Positions 12,330 through 25,150 of a DNA stretch of 64,000 bases are shown piece after piece (the stretch's first letter is position 1; every line of letters begins with the position of its first letter). Source of the stretch: Perna viridis (lineage: Eukaryota); contig CM074522.1 of the NCBI GenBank assembly GCA_037379345.1, positions 21,886,001 to 21,950,000 of the forward strand. Direction: 5' to 3'. The notes beneath the pieces are model-generated. The model saw only the letters and a list, made by a program, of their open reading frames with translations, was not told the origin of the DNA and ran no database searches. A program made the position numbers and the translations under genes.

Positions 12330-15300
12330 TTAAATCTTGCAAAATGCCAATTTCATATACGATCTGTATAATTTTATCTCAAAAGGATGAACTTCGACTG
12401 TTTATGTGGTCTGTAACTAAGAGTGCATTGTGTGGGTTTTTTTTTTTACATCTATGGATCACCTCCTGCCTGATATTCATAAAGACTGCTACTTCGTCAA
12501 AAATGTATAAAACAAGACCCTTTATAATGATATATTTCAAAAAATTTTTAAACTTTAAAAATTTTCAAAATAAGAAATTATTATGACATATTCAGCATCA
12601 GAATAATATGCATATTTATAATACATTGTAATTTAAAAAGTATTGCACATATAAGATTTTACCATTACTGATAAAGTATGTAGAATATAAGTATTCTATA
12701 GGAGAGAAGTAGAAGCTCAAGTTCTTTCAAGGTAACTCAATTTAAACAAGATATTCTGTTATTTTTCTTTAATATTTTTTTCCTCTTTTTAACCTGGCCC
12801 CGACAAAATTTTGTGGTATCAGGGGACAATTTCAGGATCTTTTTAGACCAACTGGTTTTTCCCTGATTTTCACCATATTAAATTCTAGGGTTGTAGGCCT
12901 TCCTCCTTCTTTTGTTGTCCCAAACTTTTTTTCTGGTATTTGGAGAAAAAGATTTTAGATTTTTTCTGAAACTTGGTTGAAGTTTCTTTTTAGTTTCTCA
13001 ATCCTTCAACTCAATATTGAGACCATGGTGATTCCTTTTCTTTATAATTTTTATTTCTATTTTTACCAAATTCTGACCTGTATTATATTTTAGAGTATAC
13101 CTTAATTTGAAATGGTAGGCTTCATTTAAGGATTCATATACTGCATTCAATCATATCTGAAATAAAAAGCTTTCCCCTCTAAAACAGAAAGGTTGAGTTG
13201 TTGAAAATATTGGTTTTATTTTTAAAATCTCTGTTTAATAAGATACTGTAAACAAATTTATTTTTGTGGACGATTTATTTTCGCTTATTTCATGTGCAAG
13301 AAAAAACTGTGGAAACAAATCACAATGGTTAACTTTTAAGAGAGTTCATTTCTGGAGCATGCAATATTTAAGGGAAAAGAAGGATAATTAGTTGGCTTGA
13401 AGTCAAAATAATGTGTTTGAGTAGCATGGCATGCCTACCTAGTGACTGTTGTTTCTTTGAGCTAGCACAATAATAATCCAGCTCAGCATGTTGGGCCATT
13501 ATAAAGCAAGGTCTGTTTGATTGGTAAATCATTCTTGTCCAGAAATGCATGGAAAATCTGCCATTATCAATCAGTTGCTCAATCTTTCTCCTAAACTATT
13601 TTTTTTTCAATTCTTGAATCCCCCTTTTATTAACACTTGAGAGTAATAATGCTTTAAATTTTTAACCAAAAGGCTTAACTAATTTTATTTCTTTTTTTTT
13701 AATATGTTTGCCTTTTGACAGGCATATTGTGGTATATAACTGTCTGTTTGTCCACATACCATACAATATTACTTTGATATGTATTGGTTTGCCTTTATAG
13801 GAGTAGGCTCCCTTTCATTTTTTCCCAATTTTTCAATACACAGTAATGGATTTTGGTTACCATGAGAAGTGGAAAGGTGTATTTTGTGTTTTAGCTGTTG
13901 ATTTTATTGATTTTTTTACTTCTACATGTATTTTCTATTTATTTATATAATAAAACATTTTATACATTTAAACAGATTGAACTCATTCACTAACAACTGC
14001 TTTTGATATTATATTAAAAAAAGTTGAAAGATTTTTTTTTTTTTTTTAATTTCTGAATAATTGTTGAATACTTTTATAACACAATACAGATTTTTACTGC
14101 TTATACTTATTTTTCAAAAGCCCTGCTTTTTCCACCATGTAATTGTTTAATAATAATGCAAAGTGGGGATAATGTAAAGATTTATCAATGCTAATTTTGT
14201 GCAGTCATATTTGTAAAATAAATCTCCATAAAACTTATAGTTTTATCATTTACTATGAAAGTTATAAATTTGAGTAGCACCATGAAGAGAAGATACTATA
14301 ACTATTTCTATTGACTTTCTAGTCAGTTTGTTTCAGTGTAGGTCCACCAGAGGTATAAATCATATGAAAGGAGTTTCTATAGTCTTTGACAATGTATTGT
14401 ATTGTACAGATCAGGTTTTGTAAGCATATCAATTTTTATGGCAGATCTACACTAGCAATTTCTTTGTAAATCCTTAACAAACCAATGTAACTTTTGTGCA
14501 CCTAAGTCTTACGTAAACTTTGTGAAACAATGCCCAGACAGTCAAAGGTAGATTTAATGTAATGTAAAAAATAAATTTTTTGCCAGACAGGTGAAGTGAA
14601 GCACTGCAATTGATTGTTAGAACATTGTAGCATTGGAAAGTTGCAAGCTAGTTCTTGCTTAGTACTTTTTATTTACTCGGTAAGCGGTAGCCAGAGAGAG
14701 AATGTATGAACATATGTTGACTTCTTCAGTTGCATCATGCAATCAAACATAAATGCTGTAAGATTTGATATGTTTACAGTCTACGATTGACAACCAGGAA
14801 GTAATAAATTTTATCATGCTTTTGACTAAACTTATGTTATTGTTTTATGCATATGTATTTTACCCTGTGTTATTTACATATATGTTATATGTATCTGAAA
14901 GTATATGGACTTTTAACAGAAGTTGTATTGAATGTTAACATTATACATGTATAATTTTCTTTTCAGTATTACACGCATAACATTATCATAAAGATATAAA
15001 TCTTTTTTTTCCAAAGTTTTTAGGCTGCAGACTGAACCTGTATGACTTTGCACTAGCATTTGGCAAGCGTTATATCATTAAGGGTTTAAGTATGAATTTC
15101 TCATTCCATATTTATGGAAACAGTACATCAGTACTTTGATTTAATTTCACTTTGAGACTTTTTAATTTGAATTGTGAATTGATGAAAATCTTCATTTTCT
15201 TAGCAAGTTAATAAAACATATTGATATTGCAGGTCATATTTGAACCAAACTTGATAGGCATTTTAATAAGCACCAAGGAGGAGGCATAATATCACCTTGC

Positions 15301-16500
15301 TATTATAATTCAACCAATTTAACAGGGGTTAATTTGGTACAATTTGAATTAAAGAGAACATTTACAAGTGTGTAGCTATCTTATTATCACGCAGATGGTT
15401 ATTTTATAGGAAAAAAGAATACAAACTATATTGGAGGTAAATTAGAAAGGCATTATACCAGAAATCTTCTTATGCCAAAAATGCTGCTGCACTTCAATTT
15501 ATCCAGTATTGTTGGACTTCTATCGTCAGCTCTTTTAGGTCTGAATCTGGTGGTCTAAATGTCATCATTTTGCATCTGACGTCTGTCATGATCTGTGACA
15601 TACGTCAAGATTTGGGACTATCATAATAGGAGATTCTTCTAAAGCTTTTCAGGGAAAAGGGGTTGTAGGAGATAAGTGTAAACATTAATTTTCCCTGCAT
15701 ACTAATTTACTGGTACACTATTTTCACGGTGGACAGAAAACTGTGAAAAATTATACCTGCGAGATTGATTTTTAGTGCTAATATAACAATAGTAATCAAA
15801 TTTTGACTGCCAAAATTTATTTCTGTAAATATGTTCACTTTACAGAATCTGCTAAAATTAGCAATCACAAAAATTAATACCTTTTACAATAGTATTCTTC
15901 AGAACTTAAGCAATATTTGGTTAAACCTCATGAGTTTCAGGTCAGCAAATTCAGACAGGTTTACACTGCTAAGTGCCTGTAATTGTAATGTTTACAGTTG
16001 TAGCTCTTGAATATCCTGGTGAGCAATTCAGGGGTTTTTGAGTCTCTTAGAGCCTTTCCTACCATTCACTTGTTTACAAATTCCAATGGAAACAATAATT
16101 AAACTTTATAAAATTCCAACCTAAACATGCATGTTACCCTAACCAACCTCTAGGTATAAGCTAGTTCATACACTCCACCTCAGTACCCGAATTCTGAAAA
16201 TGACTGATAGAGATTATTGTAAGATATACTGTAAACCGAGAAATTTTTGCGCTATCTTGTTTTTGGCAGTTTCTGTCATCAATCTACTTTTGCACACTTT
16301 TAAATTTTCCTTCTTCCCCTAAATTATAGTATATTTTTCTAAAATAAAATATTCAAGCATTCTATTTTCGCGTTGCCACTCTTACCACAAAAGAAATCTA
16401 AAATAAAGCTGCCAATACTGTTTCATGGTTTACAGTTCTATGCCAGTTTTATATAATATCACAAGGTTGAGTTTTGTTCTTTTGTTCTTTTAAACATTTA

Positions 16501-17010
16501 GCCCCATGTGGGTCCGGGTGTCGAAAGAATAGGCCGCGGTGCTAAGCTTGTCTTAAAAGGTGACTAAATAGTGCTTAGTGCTTAGAACCCTGGCCAGGGG
16601 CTAAGTGTGCCACAGGTGGTGGAATGGGGTACCCCTGGCATGCTAAATGCTGGGGTCGTCAGGCCATAATACAGAAAACCTGACTGCAAACCATAGTGTT
16701 GCACCGTGTTGAGAAAGATGCCACATTTCTCACACGATAAAGAACCCTGCTGTGGTATTCAATTTGTGTAGGAACCCTTGCTCTCCACCACAGGAGCTAA
16801 ATTGCCTGAGCCTACCCACATTTCCCTATTTCCAGTGTCAATCAAAATTTGTTGACCTTATTATCCTTTTATCCCATCCCATTTATCATTTCATCTTAAT
16901 TTCATGTTCATTTTTATCATCCATTTCATTTTCATCGCCTAGATATAGCTGAAATATTGCTGCTCGGGTGTTAAACCCCAACAATCAATCAATCAATCAA
17001 TCAATCATTC
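16501..17010 (+). mobile_element. SINE/LINE-tail-type retroposon with (CAAT)n tail
   Basis: GC-richer block ending atatagctgaaatattgctgctcgggtgttaaacccca followed by caat repeats. The same 3' end recurs at 39114-39171. Confidence 0.75.
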
Positions 17011-17892
17011 ATTTAAACATTTAAGGAATATTATCAGATACAAACATTTGTTTACTTTATAATGCAGGTATTGCAGTTTTTGAAACTACAACTTATGATT
17101 AGAGTGTTTGAGGTTAACCCAATTAGGTGATTGATTCATACTGAATTGCAGCAGTACGAGTTTGGGATAGAAAGTATCATATGATGCCTTATTTGGTAAC
17201 ATGATGGATCTATTAATGTAAAAAATAGGGGAGATAATCTGAAAATTTATTTTCAAAAAGGCAGGTTCCAGGCTATCATTTGCTTGCTTTTGCCAATTTT
17301 TGTACAACTTGTTCTAATAATAGGAGGGAGTTTCGACCCAACCCGTCACTGATGCTCTGCCAAGATCTTCACATAGTAATGTTGTTCTGCTTAACTTATT
17401 TATAAAACTGTAGAGACATCAACCTTGTGATATTTTATAGATTTTCCTTTTTGTAGTGACAATCCAGCACAATATCATGTGACTGACCCCTGCACAATAA
17501 TAATTATAATCAGAGGTATAACACTGTATTAGAACCCAGTCACTGATGTCAGAAATATTTCATCGTCCATTCAGAAGTCATGTTCTTGTATTTAATTTAT
17601 CCATCACAAAATGTTTTAAATCATTTCTCATGTCCTAAGCCAGTAATTTAATATCATGTGACTTTTTTAACTGCAGGGTAGTTCAAGATATATATATATC
17701 TACAGATGTTATGGAAGAAAATTATTTTTCATCCTATTCTTAATTTAAACTATTTCTCAACTCTATTTGAGAAAATTTTGCTCTTGAACAAAGAAGTAAT
17801 TTAAACCACTCATTACTAAAGGAGAAGATGTAGATCTGATCATAGTAACAGCTTGTCAGAATTTCTTTCCACACTGAAAACTTAATTTTTAA

Positions 17893-18104
17893 GGAGGTAG
17901 ACCTAGGGTAAGGGACATAACTCTTGAAATCAGTGATATGTTTGTATCATATTCAATCAAACCAAAGCCTTTCAAGCTTTCTTTTGAATCAGAATGAAAT
18001 CAGTCCAAGTTACTTTGATGCTTACATGAAATTGATGTAAAATGGTGACTACAAACGTTCCTATGATTTGTGAGAGTCGTGTCCCTTACCCTAGATCTAC
18101 CCCC
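17893..18104. mobile_element. MITE family A, copy 2
   Basis: Same TIRs and interior, TTAA flanks. Confidence 0.9.
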
Positions 18105-18191
18105 TTAATTGTACACTTAACCTAAGACATTTCAATATTCAACAAAAAATTAAGGGTTGCAAGGTCAGAATGAATTTTGTCTATGTAACAG

Positions 18192-18346
18192 TATGTAATT
18201 TCATATTGGCCCTGTTACAGGTTTTGGTCAATCATATTGGCCTCAACAGCCGTATTGGCCCTCGGCGATGCCTCGGGACCAATACGACCGCCTCGACCAA
18301 TATGACAGACCTCAAACCTATAATGGGGCCAATGTGAAATTACATA
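18192..18346. repeat. Palindromic non-autonomous element (foldback)
   Basis: Arms tatgtaatttcatattggccc and gggccaatgtgaaattacata, with nested inverted repeats around a central cctcggcgatgcctcgg. Confidence 0.7.
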
Positions 18347-18631
18347 TTTATTAACATATATTACATACATGAGCATACATGTATTTAGATTATACATTTG
18401 AATTTCTCCGCTCCCTCATCAAACTTGTTATTACTGGATAAATGGTGCAGTCCTTATTGATGAAAAAGTAACAGGAAACTTTTAAAGGCAAAAACCTTTC
18501 AATGCAAATTAAATTAGATTTTAAATACTTATATGAATAATATTAATATGGTAATAAATGGGGAATAGCTCCAATTTAATGTCTTACTTCTTAGACTATT
18601 TACAAATATAGTATTTGTTGTGTATTTATAG

Positions 18632-18773
18632 CAAAGTGAGGAGAATTTGACAGCTGAGGAGAAGGAAGAGAGGACATATCACACCATCCAAGTTCCCCTC
18701 CGATCAATATTGAAAAAATCATCCTCGGCCTCACGCCTCCCACCAAAGTCTGGTAGTGCAACAGATCTTAAAA
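18632..18773 (+). CDS. CLCN2: ClC-2-like linker exon (QSEENLTAEEKEERTYHTIQVPLRSILKKSSSASRLPPKSGSATDLK)
   Basis: tttatag acceptor (phase 0) and A|gtaagt donor (phase 1). Open frame that continues the previous exon. Confidence 0.85.
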
Positions 18774-18823
18774 GTAAGTTCATTGTTCAGCCATGGAATA
18801 TTTTTCATTTCAATGAGACTACT

Positions 18824-18919
18824 AAATGACATTTGTAATATATTACCAAATGACATATGTAATATATTACCAAATGACATGTGTAATATATTACCAAATG
18901 ACATATGTAATATATTACC
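18824..18919. repeat. 24-bp minisatellite x4
   Basis: aaatgacatatgtaatatattacc repeated four times. Confidence 0.9.
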
Positions 18920-19171
18920 AAAAGTACATTACATATGATCAGATCAATAGATTGGTGTGGTGGATTCAAACGCACCCTTTTGTACCCTCAAAATAAACAA
19001 TTTTCAAATCCAAAATCAACCAAATTTGACACAGAAAATTTCAAGTCATCAACAATTTTAGATAATTAAACATATCCTGGAAAAATACTGGGTTTGGGTC
19101 TAATGATATAATCTACATGCAAAAATAAGTTTTATCTATTAAATTGTAGTTTTATTTAATTTTTTTTTCAG

Positions 19172-19251
19172 CTGAAATAAATATGTTCTACAGAAAACTT
19201 GCTAACCAGAGGAAAGATAGTATATGTGAAGATGTACCATTCTTTATCAAT
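19172..19251 (+). CDS. CLCN2: ClC-2-like linker exon (TEINMFYRKLANQRKDSICED[VPFFIN])
   Basis: Strong t-rich cag acceptor. This exon is needed to convert phase 1 to phase 0 between its neighbours. Donor is either AAT|gtaaat (19251) or GAT|gtacca (19233); both keep frame. Confidence 0.7.
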
Positions 19252-20015
19252 GTAAATACTGATAAATAAGAGTTTTAAGTATGGACACACATCTACATGT
19301 ATCACATGAACTTTGAACTTTGGAAGCCTTTGTAGTGATAGCATGAAACTAAGGTGCAATAGGTTCTTTTTCAATCTATTTCAGATGTGTAGTGTGTAAG
19401 ATTTGTGTCGCCTTTATATATCTTTCTAGGTTTTATATATGTTTTAATTTAAGAGGTCAAAGGCAACAAATTTAAATGCTTTTAAAAATATGAACATTTT
19501 TATAACTAAGATTGTCTGATGAAATATTCTAGTTTTAAACCCAAACCAAGAAAATTCTATTTACAATGAAAATTAACACTCACCAAAATAAACCCCAAAA
19601 AAACTTCACAATATCTGGGACTTTCATGAATAAACTTATACTTTGAAAGTTAAAACTGCCAGGTTTAGCATTATAGTAAACATTGCAAAAAATAAATGCC
19701 AGTAATACATGTATATTTATTGTCACTGTTGTTCATCTTAGTAGATTGTTTTAAATGAATGTATTCACAGATGTCGTTTTTGAGGGTTTAAAAAGTAATT
19801 AGCATTTGATTGTGTAAAAAAGAACTATTTTGCCGGTACTATTTTTCTGGTTCCTTCGACCATTGCAAAATAGTGAAAATCAGTAGTAACTATAAATACT
19901 TAAATTGATAAGTTTACATGTACCGATTTGATTAGTTTCGTACAACATACTATGAAAGGTTTATAGTAAATTTACCCAGATGAGAATATAACCTCATTTT
20001 AATGTATTTTTACAG

Positions 20016-20075
20016 AAAGAAAGTTTCTCAAATTTACCATCAGTAGAGAGAAGTAGAAACAAGAAAGTTAGACTG
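20016..20075 (+). CDS. CLCN2: ClC-2-like 60-nt exon (KESFSNLPSVERSRNKKVRL)
   Basis: tttacag acceptor and CTG|gtaagt donor. Only the phase-0 frame is open. Confidence 0.82.
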
Positions 20076-20512
20076 GTAAGTATTGATGATTGATGCTCCT
20101 GAAATACCTCACAAATGTATAATGATAGACGACTTTGCATTCACTTCCGTTCCAGAAAAGTTCTTCCATTATATCAAGGTCAGCTGGGGTCAGCATGTGT
20201 AAGATCGGGAGACCTTGTAATGGTAGCCAAGGGAACAGAAACTTGATTCAATTACTGTCAGGAATTTTTAAATGATATATATATTATAGAAGCACTGCCT
20301 GATTCTTACAAAGACTGACACTTAACGATTCTGTCATTGCTGCAAATGAAATTAACATCTAGTCTTCAAATCACTTAAAGATTGGAGTGACTTCTTTTTT
20401 GGCCATGAAAGATGTTATTTACAATTTAGCTTTGCAGAATGAGTAAATAAACATTAAATGTGTTAAGCATATTCCATTTAATCACAAATGTGGCAATTTT
20501 TTTTTCCTTCAG

Positions 20513-20554
20513 CCTCCAGAACCAGTTAAAGTCAGTAGCTTACCTGAAGATAAG
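20513..20554 (+). CDS. CLCN2: ClC-2-like 42-nt microexon (PPEPVKVSSLPEDK)
   Basis: Polypyrimidine tract with cag acceptor and AAG|gtatgt donor. Phase 0-0; leads into QKQWEEE. Confidence 0.85.
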
Positions 20555-21515
20555 GTATGTATGTTACAATGCTATCATATATCACCAAAAAATTTGTTGA
20601 AGAAAATATATTAGTTGAATTCTTTTTTTGTAGAGATTTGTGTGATAAGGTTTGAGTTGCTCTCTACATTCAATACTTTATGAACAAGAAAAGTTCATTG
20701 TTTAAAATTTTAGAAATAATGGGACAGCCTTCGTTGATGTAATTAATGATGATTCAGCAAATAAGCTATCTACAATAAATTTACCCTAAAGAAGGTTCAT
20801 TAAGAGACATGTACATGTATGGAAGAATTACATTTATCTATAAGCATTGATGACAGTTGTATGATCTTCAAAAGGTCGAATTTAATTTACACAAATCTAT
20901 GGTTCTTGATAGTGTATAAAATATTTATTGTGTTTGTAAAATAGGTCGCTGCCATCTTAAATCTCACATTAAACAGACTGGTTAAGTAGAATCTGTGCAT
21001 GAGTGTTGTTACAATAGGCTATTTTTGAGTTAGATTTTATGACAAAGACCTTTATAGTAGTCACTAATTCATGCATGGAAATTTCTTTGAAGCAGTTCGT
21101 TAGAGGTTGTCATATTGTTAGAAATGATATCGATGCTGTAATTCTAAAATATGCTATATTTACATTTCTTTATAAGGTCAGTAGTTACAGTGCTTAATGT
21201 AGCTAATTATGTGTTGAAGTGGCTTCCTTTGAAGGATTTTTTTCTTTACTTTTCAGTTTTATGTGGCATGATTTTACATCGATTTTTCCTCCATTTATTT
21301 GGAATATTAATGTAGCTTAGTCACTGATTTCGATAGTAGTGAATAGGTCACTTTGAAGGTGCTACCTACGATGTCTGTAATTTTTATCCCCCCACTGTAA
21401 AAGTTGCTTTTCTGTTCGGTGTTTTGGCAGTGTTTAAGATTCTATCTTTTGAAAAATAATTTTGTGTTCATTCTAATGGCAGCTAATCTTTTGCTTTTGT
21501 GTAACAATGAAATAT

Positions 21516-21549
<34 letters not shown>

Positions 21550-21871
21550 TGATTTCACAAATAAACAAGGTATTGTTTGAATTCAGATTTATTTTGGAAT
21601 TAAGAAAATGACTAAAAATAAATTTGTATAACTAAACTTTACTAAGGGGGCTAGCCATGCCGGCAGGGCTAAGGGGTAGGGTTAGTAGGAAAACTGAAGT
21701 CAAGGAAAACTGACTAACCCCTCTTAGTCATGACAGCATGACTAACCTCCTTTTTAGGGGTTAGTTTTATCAATTTTTTTTAAAATTATTTTCTTAAATC
21801 CAAAATAATAATTCAAATAATACCTTGTTAATATTATATGTATTGTCTTGTCTTTGTCACAAACACTTAAC

Positions 21872-22048
21872 ATTTGTGACATCACAGTAAAATTTTATTT
21901 GTGACATCACAGTAAAATGTTATTTGTGACATCACAGTAAAATGTTATTTGTGACATCACTGTAAAATGTTATTTGTGACATCACAGTACATGTTATTTG
22001 TGACATCACTGTAAAATGTTAGTTGTGACATCACAGTAAAATGTTATA
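21872..22048. repeat. 25-bp minisatellite x7
   Basis: atttgtgacatcacagtaaaatgtt units. Confidence 0.9.
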
Positions 22049-22204
22049 TGTTTTGTTGTAATAACAAAGCTATTGAGACAACAGATCAAAATTTTGTGTC
22101 ACAGTTGGTCATTTTTCTGAGATGAAAAAACTTGTGGGTGAAAACTTTGATGCACCATGATTTATAACTGATGTTGGGACAGGACACACTAAAATTTGTC
22201 TGTA

Positions 22205-22560
22205 AATGGCATGTATGCCAGAGGAGGATTATCAAGCATCAAATTGGCTGGTATGTTTAGAGAGAATTATCTAGCCGTCAAATTAGCAGGTATGCCAGAT
22301 TTGACTGTCTAGTCTTCAAATTGTCAGGTGTGCTGGAGGGGATTATCATGCCTTCAAAATGGCAGGTATGCCAGAGGGGATTATCAAACCTTCAAATTGG
22401 CAGGTATGCCAGAGGGAAGTATTTAGCCTTCAAATTGCCATGTATACCAGGGGGGGTTATTTAGCCTTCAAATTGCCAGGTATGCCAGAGGGGATTATTT
22501 AGCCTTCAAATTGCCAGGTATGCCAGAGGGGATTATTTAGCCTTCAAATTTGCAGGTATG
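22205..22560. repeat. 38-bp minisatellite x~9
   Basis: ggtatgccagaggggattatttagccttcaaattgcca units, more homogeneous toward the 3' end. Confidence 0.88.
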
Positions 22561-22887
22561 TACAAAAACAGTGAAACTTGTATAAATTGATCCCTAAAAA
22601 AATGAAAAACCTGTCTAAACAAGACACTTTAAGAAGTTTCTTTTTACCAGTTAAAATGTGTTTTGAACCGTGGTAAACCAAACACCTGTCTAAATCATAC
22701 CAGTTTTAAAGCCCAAAATGAGTTCAGTTTAGACAGGTTTCACTGTACAGGTACAACTCGCTGATTATTGTTATTTTACCACATGCTACGTTGTTATATG
22801 AGTTGTACTTACTGTAGTCTATCATTAAAATCAGTATACAAATTGAGTTCCAGGCATTTATTTATTATTTCATTACTTCTGTTTTAG

Positions 22888-22992
22888 CAAAAACAATGGG
22901 AAGAAGAAAAATTGAATGAAACTATAGAATGGGAGGGTTGTCAAATAGACCCTGCTCCCTTCCAGCTTGTAGAGAGGACCTCATTACATAAG
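22888..22992 (+). CDS. CLCN2: ClC-2-like exon, start of CBS2 ([35 protein letters not shown])
   Basis: [17 protein letters not shown] matches the vertebrate ClC-2 motif. tag acceptor and gtgagt donor. Confidence 0.97.
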
Positions 22993-23587
22993 GTGAGTTT
23001 TTACGAGAGAGAGAGACAGACTAACACTAGTTCACATTAAAGTATAGTATGAGTAGTTTAATTATATGTCCCAGAACTTTGGTGGGGAGACTTATTGTTT
23101 TTGCCCTGTTGGCCTTTATGTCTTCTCAGAAACTACTGCACCAAATTTCATGAAAGTTTGTAGGCCATTTACAGGGATGATTTTTGTCCATTTTTTTTTG
23201 TCCATTGAATCCAGATTTTACCGTTACTGATTCTTTTTTTTTTACTGTTTATTTATTTCTGATTTTATCAATTTCCACTTTGTTTGATGACCTCATAAAA
23301 TCATCCCTGCAATATGACGTGACAAGACATGACATATATTTGTGCATATCATCAGGAATGTATGACACACTGAATTTTGTGAGAGTTTTACCCCTTGGAA
23401 CTTTGGAACTGGGGGAGACATACATTTTTGTTAGAAAAAACATACTTCAATTTTGATATTATTTAGTACTCTTCTTCACCTCCAAATTTTAATTTTTTTC
23501 TTTTTGGATTTGAATGTTTGAATTTTTTTCAGTTTAAAAACCTAAGTGTGTCAAAATTCCAATGTATTTCATATCTTACCTCCTATT

Positions 23588-23741
23588 CAGGGCTTTTATT
23601 TGAAGACAGTAGGCATCAGTTTTCTCCTTCTACCTTTGTTGTTTAAGATGTCTACTTCAGCAAAAATTTGTATTAAGCTAATGGGAAAATAGCCATCTGC
23701 TTGTGACTGCATGTCTACTTTGAAACGTAATAAAAGCCCTG
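23588..23741. mobile_element. Short MITE with 13-bp perfect TIR
   Basis: CAGGGCTTTTATT...AATAAAAGCCCTG flanked by the direct repeat cctatt. Confidence 0.7.
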
Positions 23742-23880
23742 CCTATTGATATTGTATTAAAGCTTACTTCCATTTCACATGAAGAGGTTGGGTTAAGTTT
23801 TCATTTACTATACATTAAGAGTCATGGTTATGAAAAGTGTGTGGCAGAGTTGAAAAAAAAAATGAATAGGGTTTGTAATA

Positions 23881-24475
23881 GGGTATGTAAGTCTCGTTAC
23901 GTGACTCCGCGTTGTCATGAGAATGGGTCCTCGTCTACCATTCAAATGCATTGAGATTCGTCATTAACATAGCACTGAGTTCAACATGAAAAGCAAAATA
24001 TCTTTCTGTGAAAAAATACTGTTAAAAAATGACAAATATCTAGCTATACAGGATAAAAATGTTAAGAAAGGTATAAGAGTAGAAGATTTTGCATTGTGAT
24101 GCAGCGCTTCGATTTCCTGGAAGTAAACAATAAAATGCAGGTCGGTCTTCATATTTCAATACATTCTACATCGAAAATTCCGGAAGGGAAACGGAAACTA
24201 GAACTAGACTTACAACCCCTATTCTCGTTCTATTTTTTCATTTTCCTTAAGGAAATTTCTGATGTAGAATATACTAATAACCAACAACCGTTTAACACTT
24301 TTATCATGTAGAAATAGACTTTAGTCATTTTTTATCGATATTTTTATACTAAACAGTGTTTTGCTTTTAATACAGAACTTCATGCTTTGTAAATGACAAA
24401 AATCTCATGCATTTGAATGGAAGGTATGGACCCATTCTCATGAAACCATGTATTCCTGATGAGACTTTCACTCCC
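23881..24475. mobile_element. Non-autonomous DNA transposon with long imperfect TIRs
   Basis: tcatgagaatgggtcc...ccattcaaatgca..gagatt is mirrored by aatctcatgcatttgaatgg...ggacccattctcatga. Confidence 0.7.
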
Positions 24476-24907
24476 AATAATGTATATACGTGAACCTTTT
24501 TACAGGAGATAAGAATCTTACATTTTGTCCATGTCCTATTGAGAGATAAGTGGCTTAATTAATAAGGGTAACCACAAAATTACTAAACACAAATCTGATC
24601 CATATTCAGGTCAAGTCCAAAACAAGCCTGACAAAATAGGTACTACACCACTGGAGCAGCTGGTACCACAATGGTCCTGACTTGGTACAGGCATTTCAAA
24701 TAAAATGATGGGCTAAATCTAGGTTTTACAACACGCCACACCTCCCTCTTCCATGGCGATATGAATATACCGGTGATGATTAAATAGCATTGGAATGCCA
24801 TTGTGTCATAAGCAGTAAATCAGCTGTCACACCTGCAAAAATCATTACAAAAAACAATCATAACTCATTGTCATAATTGTCATAAAATATTATTTCCTGT
24901 TTTCTAG

Positions 24908-24994
24908 GTACACTCTCTATTCTCATTACTTGGACTGAGCCATGCCTATGTCACCAATACTGGTAAATTATGTGGAGTATGTGGTTTACAACAG
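24908..24994 (+). CDS. CLCN2: ClC-2-like exon, CBS2 (VHSLFSLLGLSHAYVTNTGKLCGVCGLQQ)
   Basis: H..FSLLG..HAYVT..G.L CBS2 motif. tttctag acceptor and CAG|gtaggt donor. Confidence 0.96.
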
Positions 24995-25150
24995 GTAGGT
25001 TGGGTTTTCAGGATTAATACATAAACTGTGGGTATACAAAAATACCACTGGTATTATAATTGAAAATTTCTCTATGTTGTACACATTTTTTGAAGGAATA
25101 ACTGTTTATTGACATCATTAATACTGTTTTAGGGTATTTTTTCACATATG

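Noticed and set aside
21516-21548. Long poly-T run
   Set aside because: Simple homopolymer with no associated retrocopy; its length is unreliable.
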